Below, piece after piece: positions 1 through 8,611 of a stretch of DNA of 32,000 bases. Below the pieces are notes generated by a model. That model was not told where the DNA came from, did not search any database, and saw nothing but the letters and a program-made list of their open reading frames with translations. The DNA lies in NCBI GenBank assembly GCA_963794785.1, contig CAWCFA010000012.1, positions 609,285-641,284 of the forward strand, given 5' to 3'. The position numbers and the translations under genes were made by a program. Within the stretch, counting starts at the first letter, position 1, and each line of letters begins with the position of its first letter. Origin of the DNA: an uncultured Actinomycetota bacterium (GTDB lineage Bacteria > Actinomycetota > Actinomycetes > Mycobacteriales > Mycobacteriaceae).

Positions 1-730
1 TCGGGCCCCTGGAAGTGTTGATCAGGTAGGCGTGTGGCTTCATCAGGGCCAGCTCGGGTTCAGCGACCAGACCTCGCGTGCGCTCCGAGAGCACCAGGTG
101 GATCGACACCACGTCGGACTGTCCGAAGAGCGTCGCTTTGTCGACCCTGCGAGCGCCGACCGCCGCCGCGGCTTCCTCGGTGAGATTTTGGCTCCACGCA
201 ATAACTTGCATGCCAAACGCTTTCGCGTATTCGGTCATGCGTACGCCGATCCGTCCCAGCCCCAAAAGCCCGAGCGTTTTGCCGGACAACGTCATGCCCG
301 TCGTGGTCTGCCACGCTCCCTCACGCATGCGCCGGTGTTCTTCGGCCAAATTGCGTACCGTCGCGATCATCAACCCCCAGGCGAGTTCCGGAGTGGCATC
401 GCGGACCATGCTGTATCTCGGACTGGCGAAATTCGAGTGGGCCACCAGGACGCCGCGCTCGCTGGCCGCGGCCATGTCCAAATTTGGCAGGCTCCTGCCG
501 ACGATGGTGATCAGTTTCAGGTTCGGCAGTTGCTCGATGAGCGTCCGCGGAAACGCCATCCGTTCTCTTACGGTGCACACCACATCGAACGGCCGTAGTG
601 CGTCGACTGCTTCTGCCTCGGAGAGGTGCCGGTCGAAAACCGTTACCTCGGAACGGCTCTGAACCGGCGTCCAGTCGGCGAGGTCGAGTGCCATCCCGGC
701 GTAGTCGTCGAGTATCGCCACCCGGTGCAT
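1..730 (-). CDS. D-isomer-specific 2-hydroxyacid dehydrogenase family protein (NAD-binding); C-terminus lies beyond window start
   Basis: Own minus-strand translation from ATG at 730-728: MHRVAILDDYAGMALDLADW...GKTLGLLGLGRIGVRMTEYAKAFGMQVIAW...SIHLVLSERTRGLV...LINTSRGP. It has a Rossmann GxGxxG motif (GLLGLGRIG) and family blocks. It is absent from the ORF track because it runs off the edge. Confidence 0.8.
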   Translation of the reverse strand, partial: MHRVAILDDYAGMALDLADWTPVQSRSEVTVFDRHLSEAEAVDALRPFDVVCTVRERMAFPRTLIEQLPNLKLITIVGRSLPNLDMAAASERGVLVAHSNFASPRYSMVRDATPELAWGLMIATVRNLAEEHRRMREGAWQTTTGMTLSGKTLGLLGLGRIGVRMTEYAKAFGMQVIAWSQNLTEEAAAAVGARRVDKATLFGQSDVVSIHLVLSERTRGLVAEPELALMKPHAYLINTSRGP

Positions 731-734
731 CCGG

Positions 735-1355
735 CTACATACCCTTTGGCGCGTCGCGAACGGCTGCTACCGCCGCCGCGTCGCCGTCGAACTCGACCCG
801 GGCCGTTCGTCCCGAGGAGAACAGCAGTAGCTCCTCGGGTGCTCCGGTGACGGTGACGGCGGGACCGCGGCCAGCGGTCACTATCGTCTTGCCATCTGTG
901 CTGCGCAACGCCACTCTGCAGGGCATCTTCGACAGGGTCAGCCGGCCCATCAGCGACAGACTCCGTCGCAGCGAGCCGGCCAGGGCGGATTCGAGCACAC
1001 GCGGCTCCCAGTCCGGCTGCGCGCGACGGACGTCCTCATGGTGGATGAACATCTCAGCGACATTGGCCACCGGGTCGAGCAGCTTGAGTGGTGAGTAGAG
1101 CGGCGGACCGGACGCGACCTTGCGAAGCAATTCGTCCCATTCGGTGTTCTGTGCGACCTCGTTTTGCACCTTTTCGGTGTGGCCGGCGAAGTAGGGGATA
1201 AGGATGCCCGGCGAGGCATCGGGGCGGTACTCCCGGATCATCAAATGGGCCGCCAAGTCGCGGACGTTCCACCCGTCGCACAGGGTGGGCGCCTCGGGCC
1301 CCACGACGCGCATGGTGTCGACCAGGGCTGCACGTTCGCGTTGAGCAATGGACAC
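735..1355 (-). CDS. DinB/MDMPI-like metal-binding protein (TIGR03085-like, mycothiol maleylpyruvate isomerase N-terminal domain family)
   Basis: Track ORF 735..1391. I prefer the GTG at 1355 (VSIAQRERAALVDT...) because GGAAGGAAG lies just upstream. Blocks APTLCDGWNVRDLAAHL and FIHHEDVRRA are typical of this actinobacterial family. The gene sits 4 nt upstream of the dehydrogenase start, so an operon is likely. Confidence 0.6.
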   Translation of the reverse strand: MSIAQRERAALVDTMRVVGPEAPTLCDGWNVRDLAAHLMIREYRPDASPGILIPYFAGHTEKVQNEVAQNTEWDELLRKVASGPPLYSPLKLLDPVANVAEMFIHHEDVRRAQPDWEPRVLESALAGSLRRSLSLMGRLTLSKMPCRVALRSTDGKTIVTAGRGPAVTVTGAPEELLLFSSGRTARVEFDGDAAAVAAVRDAPKGM

Positions 1356-1458
1356 CTGACTTCCTTCCCCTCGAGGACGCCAGAACCGCAACCGGCGCTG
1401 ACCCGATCAGCGTAGCGATCGCGCCTCGGCGCTCCACGATCGTCCGACAATCGACTAC

Positions 1459-1488
1459 AACGGATGGGGGATTAACGGATGGGGGATT
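1459..1488 (+). repeat. Perfect 15-bp tandem duplication (AACGGATGGGGGATT x2) immediately upstream of the arr start codon, duplicating a Shine-Dalgarno-like GGGGGA
   Basis: Read directly: aacggatgggggatt aacggatgggggatt gtt GTG. The second copy places GGGGGA 5 nt before the GTG at 1492. Confidence 0.9.
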
Positions 1489-1491
1489 GTT

Positions 1492-1920
1492 GTGACGAGC
1501 ACGCCGAAACCGTTTGAATTGCATGAGTCGGGTGCGTTCCTGCATGGCACCAAGGCCGACCTTTCGGTGGGTGACCTGCTGGTGCCCCGGCGCCGATCGA
1601 ACTACGACGTAAATCGCCTCTCGAACCACGTCTACGTCACGCAGACGTTAGATGCCGCCGCGTGGGGAGCCGAGCTGGCCGTAGGGGAGGGGCGGTGTCG
1701 TATCTACATCGTGAAACCGGAAGGCGCAGTGGAGGACGACCCCAACGTGACGGATAAAAAGTTTCCCGGAAATCCGACCCGCTCCTACCGCACCCGGGAG
1801 CCGGTGAGGGTGGTTGGCGAGATCACGGACTGGGTGGGGCATTCACCCCAACAGCTTCAGGCCATGCGGAGCCGCTTGGCGGACCTCCAGCGCCGGGGAC
1901 TTGCCGTCATCTACGACTAG
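1492..1920 (+). CDS. arr: Rifampin ADP-ribosyltransferase (Arr family)
   Basis: The 142-aa ORF matches remembered Arr blocks: HGTKADLSVGDLL, AAWGAELA, IYIVKPEGAVEDDPNVTDKKFPGNPTRSYRTREPVRVVGE and RRGLAVIYD at the C-terminus. Its size matches Arr (~140 aa). Confidence 0.9.
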   Translation: MTSTPKPFELHESGAFLHGTKADLSVGDLLVPRRRSNYDVNRLSNHVYVTQTLDAAAWGAELAVGEGRCRIYIVKPEGAVEDDPNVTDKKFPGNPTRSYRTREPVRVVGEITDWVGHSPQQLQAMRSRLADLQRRGLAVIYD

Positions 1921-1922
1921 AT

Positions 1923-2948
1923 TCAGCGACTCAGCAGGTCGTCCGGATCGAACCAGGCCGGAGCGTGTCCGGCCTTCGCGCAGGCAATCAAGGCGTCAGT
2001 GAATGACGTGAACAACGCAGCCAGCTCGCGGTCCACACCGGACGCCGACGAACCGTTCGCGATGTCGGCGAAACGCTGGGCGAGCCGGTCAGCGTCGCGA
2101 ACCACCTTTGTCAGCGGCACCCGTAGGCCAGGACTGGCCGCGTTGATCGCGGCAGACCCATCCGTCTGACCCGGTGGCGCCCCGAGCGTCGCCAAGGCTC
2201 GAAGCTGGTTGCTGAGCCGTTTTGCGTTGATGACGGACTGCCGGTCGGTGTCGGTCAGATTTCGATAGCTCTGGTAGAAATCTTCACCTCTGTTCTGTAA
2301 TCCGTTGGCCCCCGTGCATATGTGGGAATCGGCCTCGGCCGAGCCGGGGTGGCCATACGGCGCTGACGACGACATTTCGCTACGGGTGTCAAACGCAAGC
2401 TGCCTCAATCGCCGTCGGTCAACCAGCTCGCAGTCGTGCGCTACCGCGAGTTGTTGAGCCGCTCGGGTGAACAGATTGTTGGTCACAACCATGGTCGCGC
2501 TGCAGTCGTGCATCGGTGCCCCGGCCACAACCTGTTGGACGGCCGCGGCTCCCACCGCGCCGCCCTGTTTTCGCTTGCACTGGACGGCCGTTCGGGTGCC
2601 GTCCCTCGTCGCGACCAGGTCGACGCCAAAATCGCCGGTGGTCTTGGTCGTCGCCACTTCATAACCGAGGCCCCTGAGGACCGCTGCGAAGTATTCCTCG
2701 AACTCGATACCGGTCATCGTGTCAATTTGACCGAATCCCGATGCTCGCAACGCTTCCTCACGTTCTCGTTCCCGAGCGCGGTCACTCAGACGTCCGTACC
2801 ACCAGCAGACGCTGACGACGAAAACGCCGACGAAAACATATGCACCCCGTGGATGGTGGTTGATCGCCATCCACAAGAAAACGATGCCCCACAGCGCAAC
2901 CCAAACCAGGCCACGCCGCGCCACTCCGTCCAGCCGCATGACCCGCAC
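1923..2948 (-). CDS. Membrane-anchored Mrr-type (Mrr_cat, PD-(D/E)xK-like) restriction endonuclease domain protein with an uncharacterised ~170-aa C-terminal domain
   Basis: Two N-terminal hydrophobic helices (GLVWVALWGIVFLWMAI, AYVFVGVFVVSVCWWY). They are followed by GIEFEEYFAAVLRGLGYEV...GDFGVDLVA...TAVQCKRKQGGAVGAAAVQQV, a Mrr_cat-like D...QxK core. I do not recognise the C-terminal region. The gene is convergent with arr, with stops 2 nt apart. Confidence 0.7.
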   Translation of the reverse strand: MRVMRLDGVARRGLVWVALWGIVFLWMAINHHPRGAYVFVGVFVVSVCWWYGRLSDRAREREREEALRASGFGQIDTMTGIEFEEYFAAVLRGLGYEVATTKTTGDFGVDLVATRDGTRTAVQCKRKQGGAVGAAAVQQVVAGAPMHDCSATMVVTNNLFTRAAQQLAVAHDCELVDRRRLRQLAFDTRSEMSSSAPYGHPGSAEADSHICTGANGLQNRGEDFYQSYRNLTDTDRQSVINAKRLSNQLRALATLGAPPGQTDGSAAINAASPGLRVPLTKVVRDADRLAQRFADIANGSSASGVDRELAALFTSFTDALIACAKAGHAPAWFDPDDLLSR

Positions 2949-2983
2949 CTTAGCGGCGACGTATGACAGCGGCCGCGGTTAGC

Positions 2984-3877
2984 TCAACCAGCAGTCGAAG
3001 CGTTATAGATGGATTGGATCGCGCGGTCGAGTGTCGCGTTGAATTCCGTGTCGGATTGCCCGGCCGATAAGCCCTCGGTGAGCGCGCGGCTGAAGCTGGC
3101 GATCAACCCGGTGTTCTGCGCCAGCAACGCGTCGGCCTCGGCGCGTGAGTAACCACCAGACAGCGCCACGACGCGCATCACCCGGGGATGCTCGATCAGC
3201 GGCCGGTAAAAATTGGTGACCGTCGGCAGCGAAAGCTTGAGCATCACCTGCGTGCCGGCCGGGATGTCGTCGAGGTGCGCGGTGATGACATCACGCAGGA
3301 TGGCCTCCGCCTGCGCCTTATCCGGTATCGAAATGGTGACCTCGGGTTCCAGGATCGGGATCAACCCGTGCGAGAGCACCTGGTCCGCCAACTCGAACTG
3401 CTGGTCGACGATGGCTTTGACGCCACCGGGGCTCGCGGCGCCGATCACCGAGCGCTCTTTGGTGCCGAAAATCCCGTGCTGCACGGCCCGGGGCAGTAGC
3501 TCGTCGAGACCCGGGATCGGTTTCATCAGCTGAACGCCGTCGGAGACCTCGGTCAGACCCTTGTCGATTTTCAGGATCGGCACGACACTCTTGCGTTCCC
3601 ACAGGAAGCGCGCCGACGGCTCACCATCGATTTCGCGGTCCATGGTCTGTTCGAACAGGATCGCGGCGAGTATCCGGTCGCCATTGAACGCCGGCGATGT
3701 GATGATGCGTGCACGCATCTGGTGGATGAGGTCAAACATCTGCTGCTCGGAGGAATATGCACTTTCCTCGATGCCGTATTGGAGCAACGCCTTGGGCGTC
3801 GAGCCACCACTTTGATCGAGCGCGGCAATAAAGCCCTTGCCCGACCTCATCTTGTCGGCCTGCTGTTGGTTCACCAT
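2984..3877 (-). CDS. Class I (Schiff-base) fructose-bisphosphate aldolase
   Basis: 297 aa. GKGFIAALDQSGGSTPKAL, ILFEQTMD, PILKIDKGL and LEPEV are typical of bacterial class I FBA (~296 aa). GGAGG lies upstream of the ATG at 3877. Confidence 0.85.
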   Translation of the reverse strand: MVNQQQADKMRSGKGFIAALDQSGGSTPKALLQYGIEESAYSSEQQMFDLIHQMRARIITSPAFNGDRILAAILFEQTMDREIDGEPSARFLWERKSVVPILKIDKGLTEVSDGVQLMKPIPGLDELLPRAVQHGIFGTKERSVIGAASPGGVKAIVDQQFELADQVLSHGLIPILEPEVTISIPDKAQAEAILRDVITAHLDDIPAGTQVMLKLSLPTVTNFYRPLIEHPRVMRVVALSGGYSRAEADALLAQNTGLIASFSRALTEGLSAGQSDTEFNATLDRAIQSIYNASTAG

Positions 3878-3987
3878 TCCTGCCTCCGTCCGTCCGCGCA
3901 GTGAGGATATCTGGTTGACGCAGCCCGGCGGCCCACTTAGGAAGCCGGACTACTGTGGCGGCCGTGACCGATCGGCAAGAGCGGGCG

Positions 3988-4734
3988 ATGTCCTTCGGAT
4001 CGATCGCCGAGAACTATAACGAGTTGCGACCACAGCCCCCGCGCAGCGCGGTGGACTGGCTGGTCCCGCCCGGATGCGAGGTGGCCGTCGATGTCGGCGC
4101 GGGCACCGGACTTTTCACCCGCGCACTGCTGGGCAGAGTGCGTCAGGTCATCGCCGTCGAGCCCGATGCCCGCATGCGGGAGGTGCTGTCGGCGCGTTCC
4201 CCGGGGGTCCGCGTTGTCGAGGGCCACGGCGAATCGATCCCACTACCGGATGCCGCCGCGAACGCGTTGTTCGTCTCGTCGGCGTGGCACTGGATGGATC
4301 CGACACTGGCAGTTCCGGAGATCGGGCGCGTTCTGCGGGACGGCGGTCGGTTCGGGCTGATCTGGACGAGCCGGGATCGCGAAGTGGACTGGGTGCGCGA
4401 GCTGGACCACGGACTGCGCAGCCGAGATACGTCTGAGGCGGCATCGGCGGATCGATTCCGGCGGCACCTGGACTTCGAACTCCCGGAACCCCAGATTTTC
4501 CACAACATTGCGCGGGAGACGTTCCAATTCTCACGCACCATGACGGTCGACAACGTCGTCGCCATGCTGGGCACCTACAGCAGGGCCATCATCGCGTCTC
4601 CGGATGACCGGGCGCAGGCACAAGCTGCGGCCCGGGTTGCGTTGGAGGCGCGTTTTCCCGGGGCCCACTCGATTGACATCCCCATGCGGGCGTCGTGTTG
4701 GCGCGCCGACCGGATCGCCCGCCGCGACCATTAG
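3988..4734 (+). CDS. Class I SAM-dependent methyltransferase
   Basis: Track ORF 3955..4734. I prefer the ATG at 3988 (MSFGSIAENYNELRP). Motif I VAVDVGAGTGLFT, then DAAANALFVSSAWHWMD and LRDGGRFGLIW, fit the Methyltransf_11/25 pattern. Confidence 0.75.
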   Translation: MSFGSIAENYNELRPQPPRSAVDWLVPPGCEVAVDVGAGTGLFTRALLGRVRQVIAVEPDARMREVLSARSPGVRVVEGHGESIPLPDAAANALFVSSAWHWMDPTLAVPEIGRVLRDGGRFGLIWTSRDREVDWVRELDHGLRSRDTSEAASADRFRRHLDFELPEPQIFHNIARETFQFSRTMTVDNVVAMLGTYSRAIIASPDDRAQAQAAARVALEARFPGAHSIDIPMRASCWRADRIARRDH

Positions 4735-4796
4735 GGCCGCCGTCACCGATCAGCCAGTCGGGACCAGCCCCAGCGACTCGACGAGATCGATCATTT

Positions 4797-6020
4797 TCAT
4801 TCGCCGAACCCACCCGGGCGTCCGGCCCGGGCTGCTGCCTCTACAAGATCGGTTGCGCTGGAAACACTTTGGGCAGCGTTGGTCATCTGCCCGGCCACCT
4901 CGCGGGCACGGTCAACCCGCTCCGGTGTGAGGATGGAGCGTAGGTCGGCCACCAGCGAATCCAGCGTGCTGGCGAAAAAGGACCGCCCTGAGCCGATTTC
5001 CAGTCGTGTCACACCATCTGCCCACATCGGCTGATCGAGCCAGAACCACAGGATCAATGTCGGGATTCCAGCCCGCATGCCTGCGGCGGTCGCGCCGGCG
5101 CCCCCGTGGTGGACCGCGGCGCGGCAGGCGGGCAGGATGGCCGCGTGGTTGACCTCGGCCGCCACCTTCACATGTTCGGAAGGCGGGACATCGGTGAAAT
5201 CATTCGGGCCGCTGCAAATCAATGCGCGCACGCCCAACTTCGCACAGGCCGCGCTGATCACGGCCACAGTCTCAGCGGGAGAATTGATCGGCGTGCTTCC
5301 GAAGCCGAAGTAGATAGGCGGCGTTCCCTCAGAGATCCACGACAACACCTCGTCGTCGGCATCGGTCGGTAACTCGAGCGTCAGCGCGCCAACGAAAGGC
5401 CCGCAACAGTTTGCTGGCCCGTCTGGCCCGTCCGATTCCACCCATTCTGCGGCGGGACCGGGCAAACAAAGCTCGTCGTAGGCCTGGATTTCCAGCGTTG
5501 TCCAGGGGCGGCCGGTGGCGCCGGGCAAACCTAGCGCATCGCGTTGCGCGTGATCCGTATCCTTCGCGACGCTCAGAGCCAGCTTCCCGTCCGTCCAGAT
5601 CCGCGAGGGGAAGGGGTGCAACGCAACCAGCGGGATGTCGTAATACTCGGCAACGTTGGCCGCCACCCCCTGCTCATTGAAGCCAACCACTAACAGGTCG
5701 GCCCCACTCGCCAATTCGGTCAGCGTTGCGCTCTTCTCCGCCTTGACCTTGTTCACGCGCTCAACAACGTCCGTTAACAAGCCGGCCGGATTCCGCATCT
5801 TCGCCTGCATATCGAGGATCACATCCGTGGCCGAGTTCATCTGCTCACGCGTGTCCGGGCCGTAGGCGACGGCTGAAAGCCCAGCCGCCTCAACGAAGGC
5901 AAGCATGTTGGGCGGCGCCGCCATGCTCACGTCGTGACCGCGACGGACGAGCTCCCGACCGACGACGGCGCAGGGCTCGAGATCGCCGCGACTTCCGTAC
6001 CCGACCACCACAACTTTCAT
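4797..6020 (-). CDS. GT1-family (MGT/UDP-glycosyltransferase-like) glycosyltransferase, paralogue 2
   Basis: 407 aa. Contains MKVVVVGYGSRGDLEPCAVVGRELVRRGHDV and C-terminal VHHGGAGATAAGMRAGIPTLILWFWLDQPMWA, the GT1 nucleotide-sugar motif. It resembles mycobacterial Rv1524/Rv1526c and Gtf-type enzymes. Its ATG overlaps the upstream gene's stop (ATGA at 6018-6022). Confidence 0.85.
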   Translation of the reverse strand: MKVVVVGYGSRGDLEPCAVVGRELVRRGHDVSMAAPPNMLAFVEAAGLSAVAYGPDTREQMNSATDVILDMQAKMRNPAGLLTDVVERVNKVKAEKSATLTELASGADLLVVGFNEQGVAANVAEYYDIPLVALHPFPSRIWTDGKLALSVAKDTDHAQRDALGLPGATGRPWTTLEIQAYDELCLPGPAAEWVESDGPDGPANCCGPFVGALTLELPTDADDEVLSWISEGTPPIYFGFGSTPINSPAETVAVISAACAKLGVRALICSGPNDFTDVPPSEHVKVAAEVNHAAILPACRAAVHHGGAGATAAGMRAGIPTLILWFWLDQPMWADGVTRLEIGSGRSFFASTLDSLVADLRSILTPERVDRAREVAGQMTNAAQSVSSATDLVEAAARAGRPGGFGE

Positions 6021-7231
6021 CAGCCAACCCCATTCGCAAAAGTGTTGCCCCTCAAGCGGGCCGCCTCTTCCAAGAGATCAGCACAGCGCGCAACGCTCTC
6101 GGCGGGCGGGGTCATCCGAGCCGCTATCTCGCGGGCCCGAGTGACATACTCGGGGGCGAGGATGAGGCGCAGGTCCGCGACCAGAGAGTCCAGGGTACTG
6201 GCCGAAAATGCGCGCCCAAAACCGACTTTCAGTTCGGTAGCGGCAGCCCCCCAGATCGGCTGGTCGTCGACCCGGTGCCAGAGGATCAATGTCGGGACGG
6301 CGGCCCGCATGGCCGCGGCCGTGGTGCCGCAGCCGCCATGGTGGACAACCGCGCGGCAGGCGGGAAAGACGGCCGAGTGGTTCACCGCGCGAGCGACCCT
6401 CACGTTGTCGAAATGCGGGACGTGGCTGAAGTCATTCGGGCCGCTGCATATCAAACCCCGCTCGCCCAGCTGCGCGCAGGCCGCGCTGATCACAGCCACC
6501 GTCTCCGCGGGAGATGGGATCGGCATGCTGCCAAAGCCGAAGTAGACGGGCGGCGCCCCCGCGGCAATCCACGACAAGACCTCGTCGTCGGCATCGCCCG
6601 GCAATTCCAGCGTCAGCGCGCCGACGAAGGGCCTGAAACGTGGCACCACGGCGTGCTGCGACCATTTGGCCGCCAGTCCGGGAAAACACACCTCGTCATA
6701 AGCCTGGATCTCCAGCGTGGGTTGCGTCGACGGTCCGGTGCGCTGCGGTAGGCCCAGCGCTCGACGTTGGTCGTCTTGAGCCTCCTGCGCGACGTGCCCA
6801 ATCAAGCCGCCCAGGGGCGAATCGCCTTCCGGGAAGTACTGCAGCGTGGCCAACGGAATGCCGTAGTGCTCGGCGACGTTGGCGGCCAGCCCGTGCTCGA
6901 CTTTGCCCGTCACTAGCAGGTGCGCGCCGTCTGCCAACGCCGTCAGCGCCGTGCCCCACTCCGCCCAGGCCCGGGTGACATGCCCCACGACTTCGGCCAC
7001 CAGGTCCGTCGGATTCTTGATCGCGTTGCTGGGTGCGAAGTCCTCACCGCCCAGCTGCGGCGGCGCCGACCCGAAGGCGACGGCGGTGAGGCCCGCCGAC
7101 TCCACGAAACCAAACATGTTGGGCGGGAAAGCCATGCGCACGTCGTGACCCCGGCGCAGCAGCTCCCGACCCATGGCAGCCAACGGCTCGACATCGCCGC
7201 GGCTGCCGTAGCCCGCCAGCGCAACTTTCAT
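6020..7231 (-). CDS. GT1-family glycosyltransferase, paralogue 1
   Basis: 403 aa and collinear with the downstream paralogue: MKVALAGYGSRGDVEPLAAMGRELLRRGHDV ... VHHGGCGTTAAAMRAAVPTLILW. Confidence 0.85.
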   Translation of the reverse strand: MKVALAGYGSRGDVEPLAAMGRELLRRGHDVRMAFPPNMFGFVESAGLTAVAFGSAPPQLGGEDFAPSNAIKNPTDLVAEVVGHVTRAWAEWGTALTALADGAHLLVTGKVEHGLAANVAEHYGIPLATLQYFPEGDSPLGGLIGHVAQEAQDDQRRALGLPQRTGPSTQPTLEIQAYDEVCFPGLAAKWSQHAVVPRFRPFVGALTLELPGDADDEVLSWIAAGAPPVYFGFGSMPIPSPAETVAVISAACAQLGERGLICSGPNDFSHVPHFDNVRVARAVNHSAVFPACRAVVHHGGCGTTAAAMRAAVPTLILWHRVDDQPIWGAAATELKVGFGRAFSASTLDSLVADLRLILAPEYVTRAREIAARMTPPAESVARCADLLEEAARLRGNTFANGVG

Positions 7232-7261
7232 CGGCGCAAACCTAACTCGGGTGAGCGCGGC

Positions 7262-7810
7262 TCAACGCCATTTGATGCCGCACCCGATCGACGGCCGCTG
7301 GTCGCTGTTGACCGGTCGCCCGGCGAGCACGGCATCAACTGCCGCACGGACATCAGCAGCCGTCACCGGCCGATCGTTCTTGGGTCGGGAATCGTCGAGC
7401 TGGCCGCGGTAGACGAGTCGACGGTCACCGTCGAAGACGAACGTGTCGGGTGTGCAGGCCGCGGAGTAGGCGCGGGCAACGTCCTGGGTCTCGTCGTAGA
7501 GGTAGGGAAACGTCCAGCCGTGGCCCCGGGCCTCGACGACCATCTCCTCGGGTCCGTCCTGCGGGTAGGTGACGACGTCGTTGCTGGAGATGGCGACCAT
7601 CGCGACGCCCTGCTGAGCCAGGTCCCGGCCGAGCGCGGCGAGCCCCGCGGCGACGTGCTTTACATACGGGCAGTGGTTACAGATAAACGCGACGACAAGC
7701 GCTGGGCCCACCAGCTCGTCGAGGCTGACGGTGCCACCGGTCGCCGGTTCGGGCAGCGTGAACGGCGGGGCGGGCGTGCCGAGGGCGAGCATGGTGGACT
7801 CGATAGCCAT
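7262..7810 (-). CDS. Thioredoxin-fold thiol-disulfide oxidoreductase (redoxin/AhpC-TSA-like), CxxC = CNHCP
   Basis: Track ORF 7262..7894. I prefer the ATG at 7810 (MAIESTMLALGTPAPPFTLP). Blocks ALVVAFICNHCPYVKH, TYPQDGPEEM and TPDTFVFD support the call. Confidence 0.75.
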   Translation of the reverse strand: MAIESTMLALGTPAPPFTLPEPATGGTVSLDELVGPALVVAFICNHCPYVKHVAAGLAALGRDLAQQGVAMVAISSNDVVTYPQDGPEEMVVEARGHGWTFPYLYDETQDVARAYSAACTPDTFVFDGDRRLVYRGQLDDSRPKNDRPVTAADVRAAVDAVLAGRPVNSDQRPSIGCGIKWR

Positions 7811-7918
7811 GACGGCTAGCCTAGCTCGGCGCCGAACGTCGAGTTGTTCGGACGATTGGGCCTTTGCAGCGCGACGACTCGACGCTCGTCGCACACTGGG
7901 CGCACGAGGCGCTCGGCC

Positions 7919-8572
7919 TTACTGGAACTTGGAACCGAGCCCGGCGATCAGATTGATCGTGACGGCCAGGACAACCGCGCCGAGAAGGTACGACAGCATC
8001 GCGTGGCGCAGCACCGTCGCCCTGATGGACCTCAATCCGATCTCGGTGTCCGACACCTGATAGGTCATCCCGACGGTGTAGGCGACATACGCGAAGTCCC
8101 GAAAACAGGGCGGCTCCGGGTCGTGGAAGTTGATCCCACCCGGTTGATCCGAGTAGTAGAGCCGCGCGTAGTGCACCGTGTACAGCGTGTGCACGGCGAA
8201 CCAGGACGCCCCGACGCTCAGGATGCCCAGAATGGCGGATCGCAAGGACTCAGGACCCGAGCCCGATCCGGCGACCACCACGTAACCGACCCCGCCCAGG
8301 CTCGCGATGCTCGCCGAGACGATCACCACGTCGGCGACCCAACGGGTGGGGTCCTCTCGGGTCGCATATCTGCACGTTTGCTCGGCGTCCATCCCGCCCA
8401 GGATGAGGCGCGTCCACCCCACATTCACGCCAGCGCCGACAACCCAGCCGGCCAGCGCGTATCGCCAGCCAACCGTGTTGCCCACGACGAGAGCCACGGC
8501 AATCCCGAGCACGGTGGCTACCACAATTCGAGCCGCAACAGTGTCGCGAAACAACTCCGCTAGGGGTTTCAC
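7919..8572 (-). CDS. DUF1345-family integral membrane protein
   Basis: 217 aa with several hydrophobic helices. [19 protein letters not shown] resembles the DUF1345 signature as I remember it. GTG start. Confidence 0.6.
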   Translation of the reverse strand: MKPLAELFRDTVAARIVVATVLGIAVALVVGNTVGWRYALAGWVVGAGVNVGWTRLILGGMDAEQTCRYATREDPTRWVADVVIVSASIASLGGVGYVVVAGSGSGPESLRSAILGILSVGASWFAVHTLYTVHYARLYYSDQPGGINFHDPEPPCFRDFAYVAYTVGMTYQVSDTEIGLRSIRATVLRHAMLSYLLGAVVLAVTINLIAGLGSKFQ

Positions 8573-8611
8573 AGTCCCGACTTAAGCACCTGCCCGCATC
8601 GTGCGCAGCCG

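Noticed and set aside
1392-1458. Rifamycin-associated element (RAE)-type inverted repeat upstream of arr
   Set aside because: I see only a trivial GCGATCGC palindrome and cannot recall the RAE consensus precisely enough to call it. A motif scan is required.
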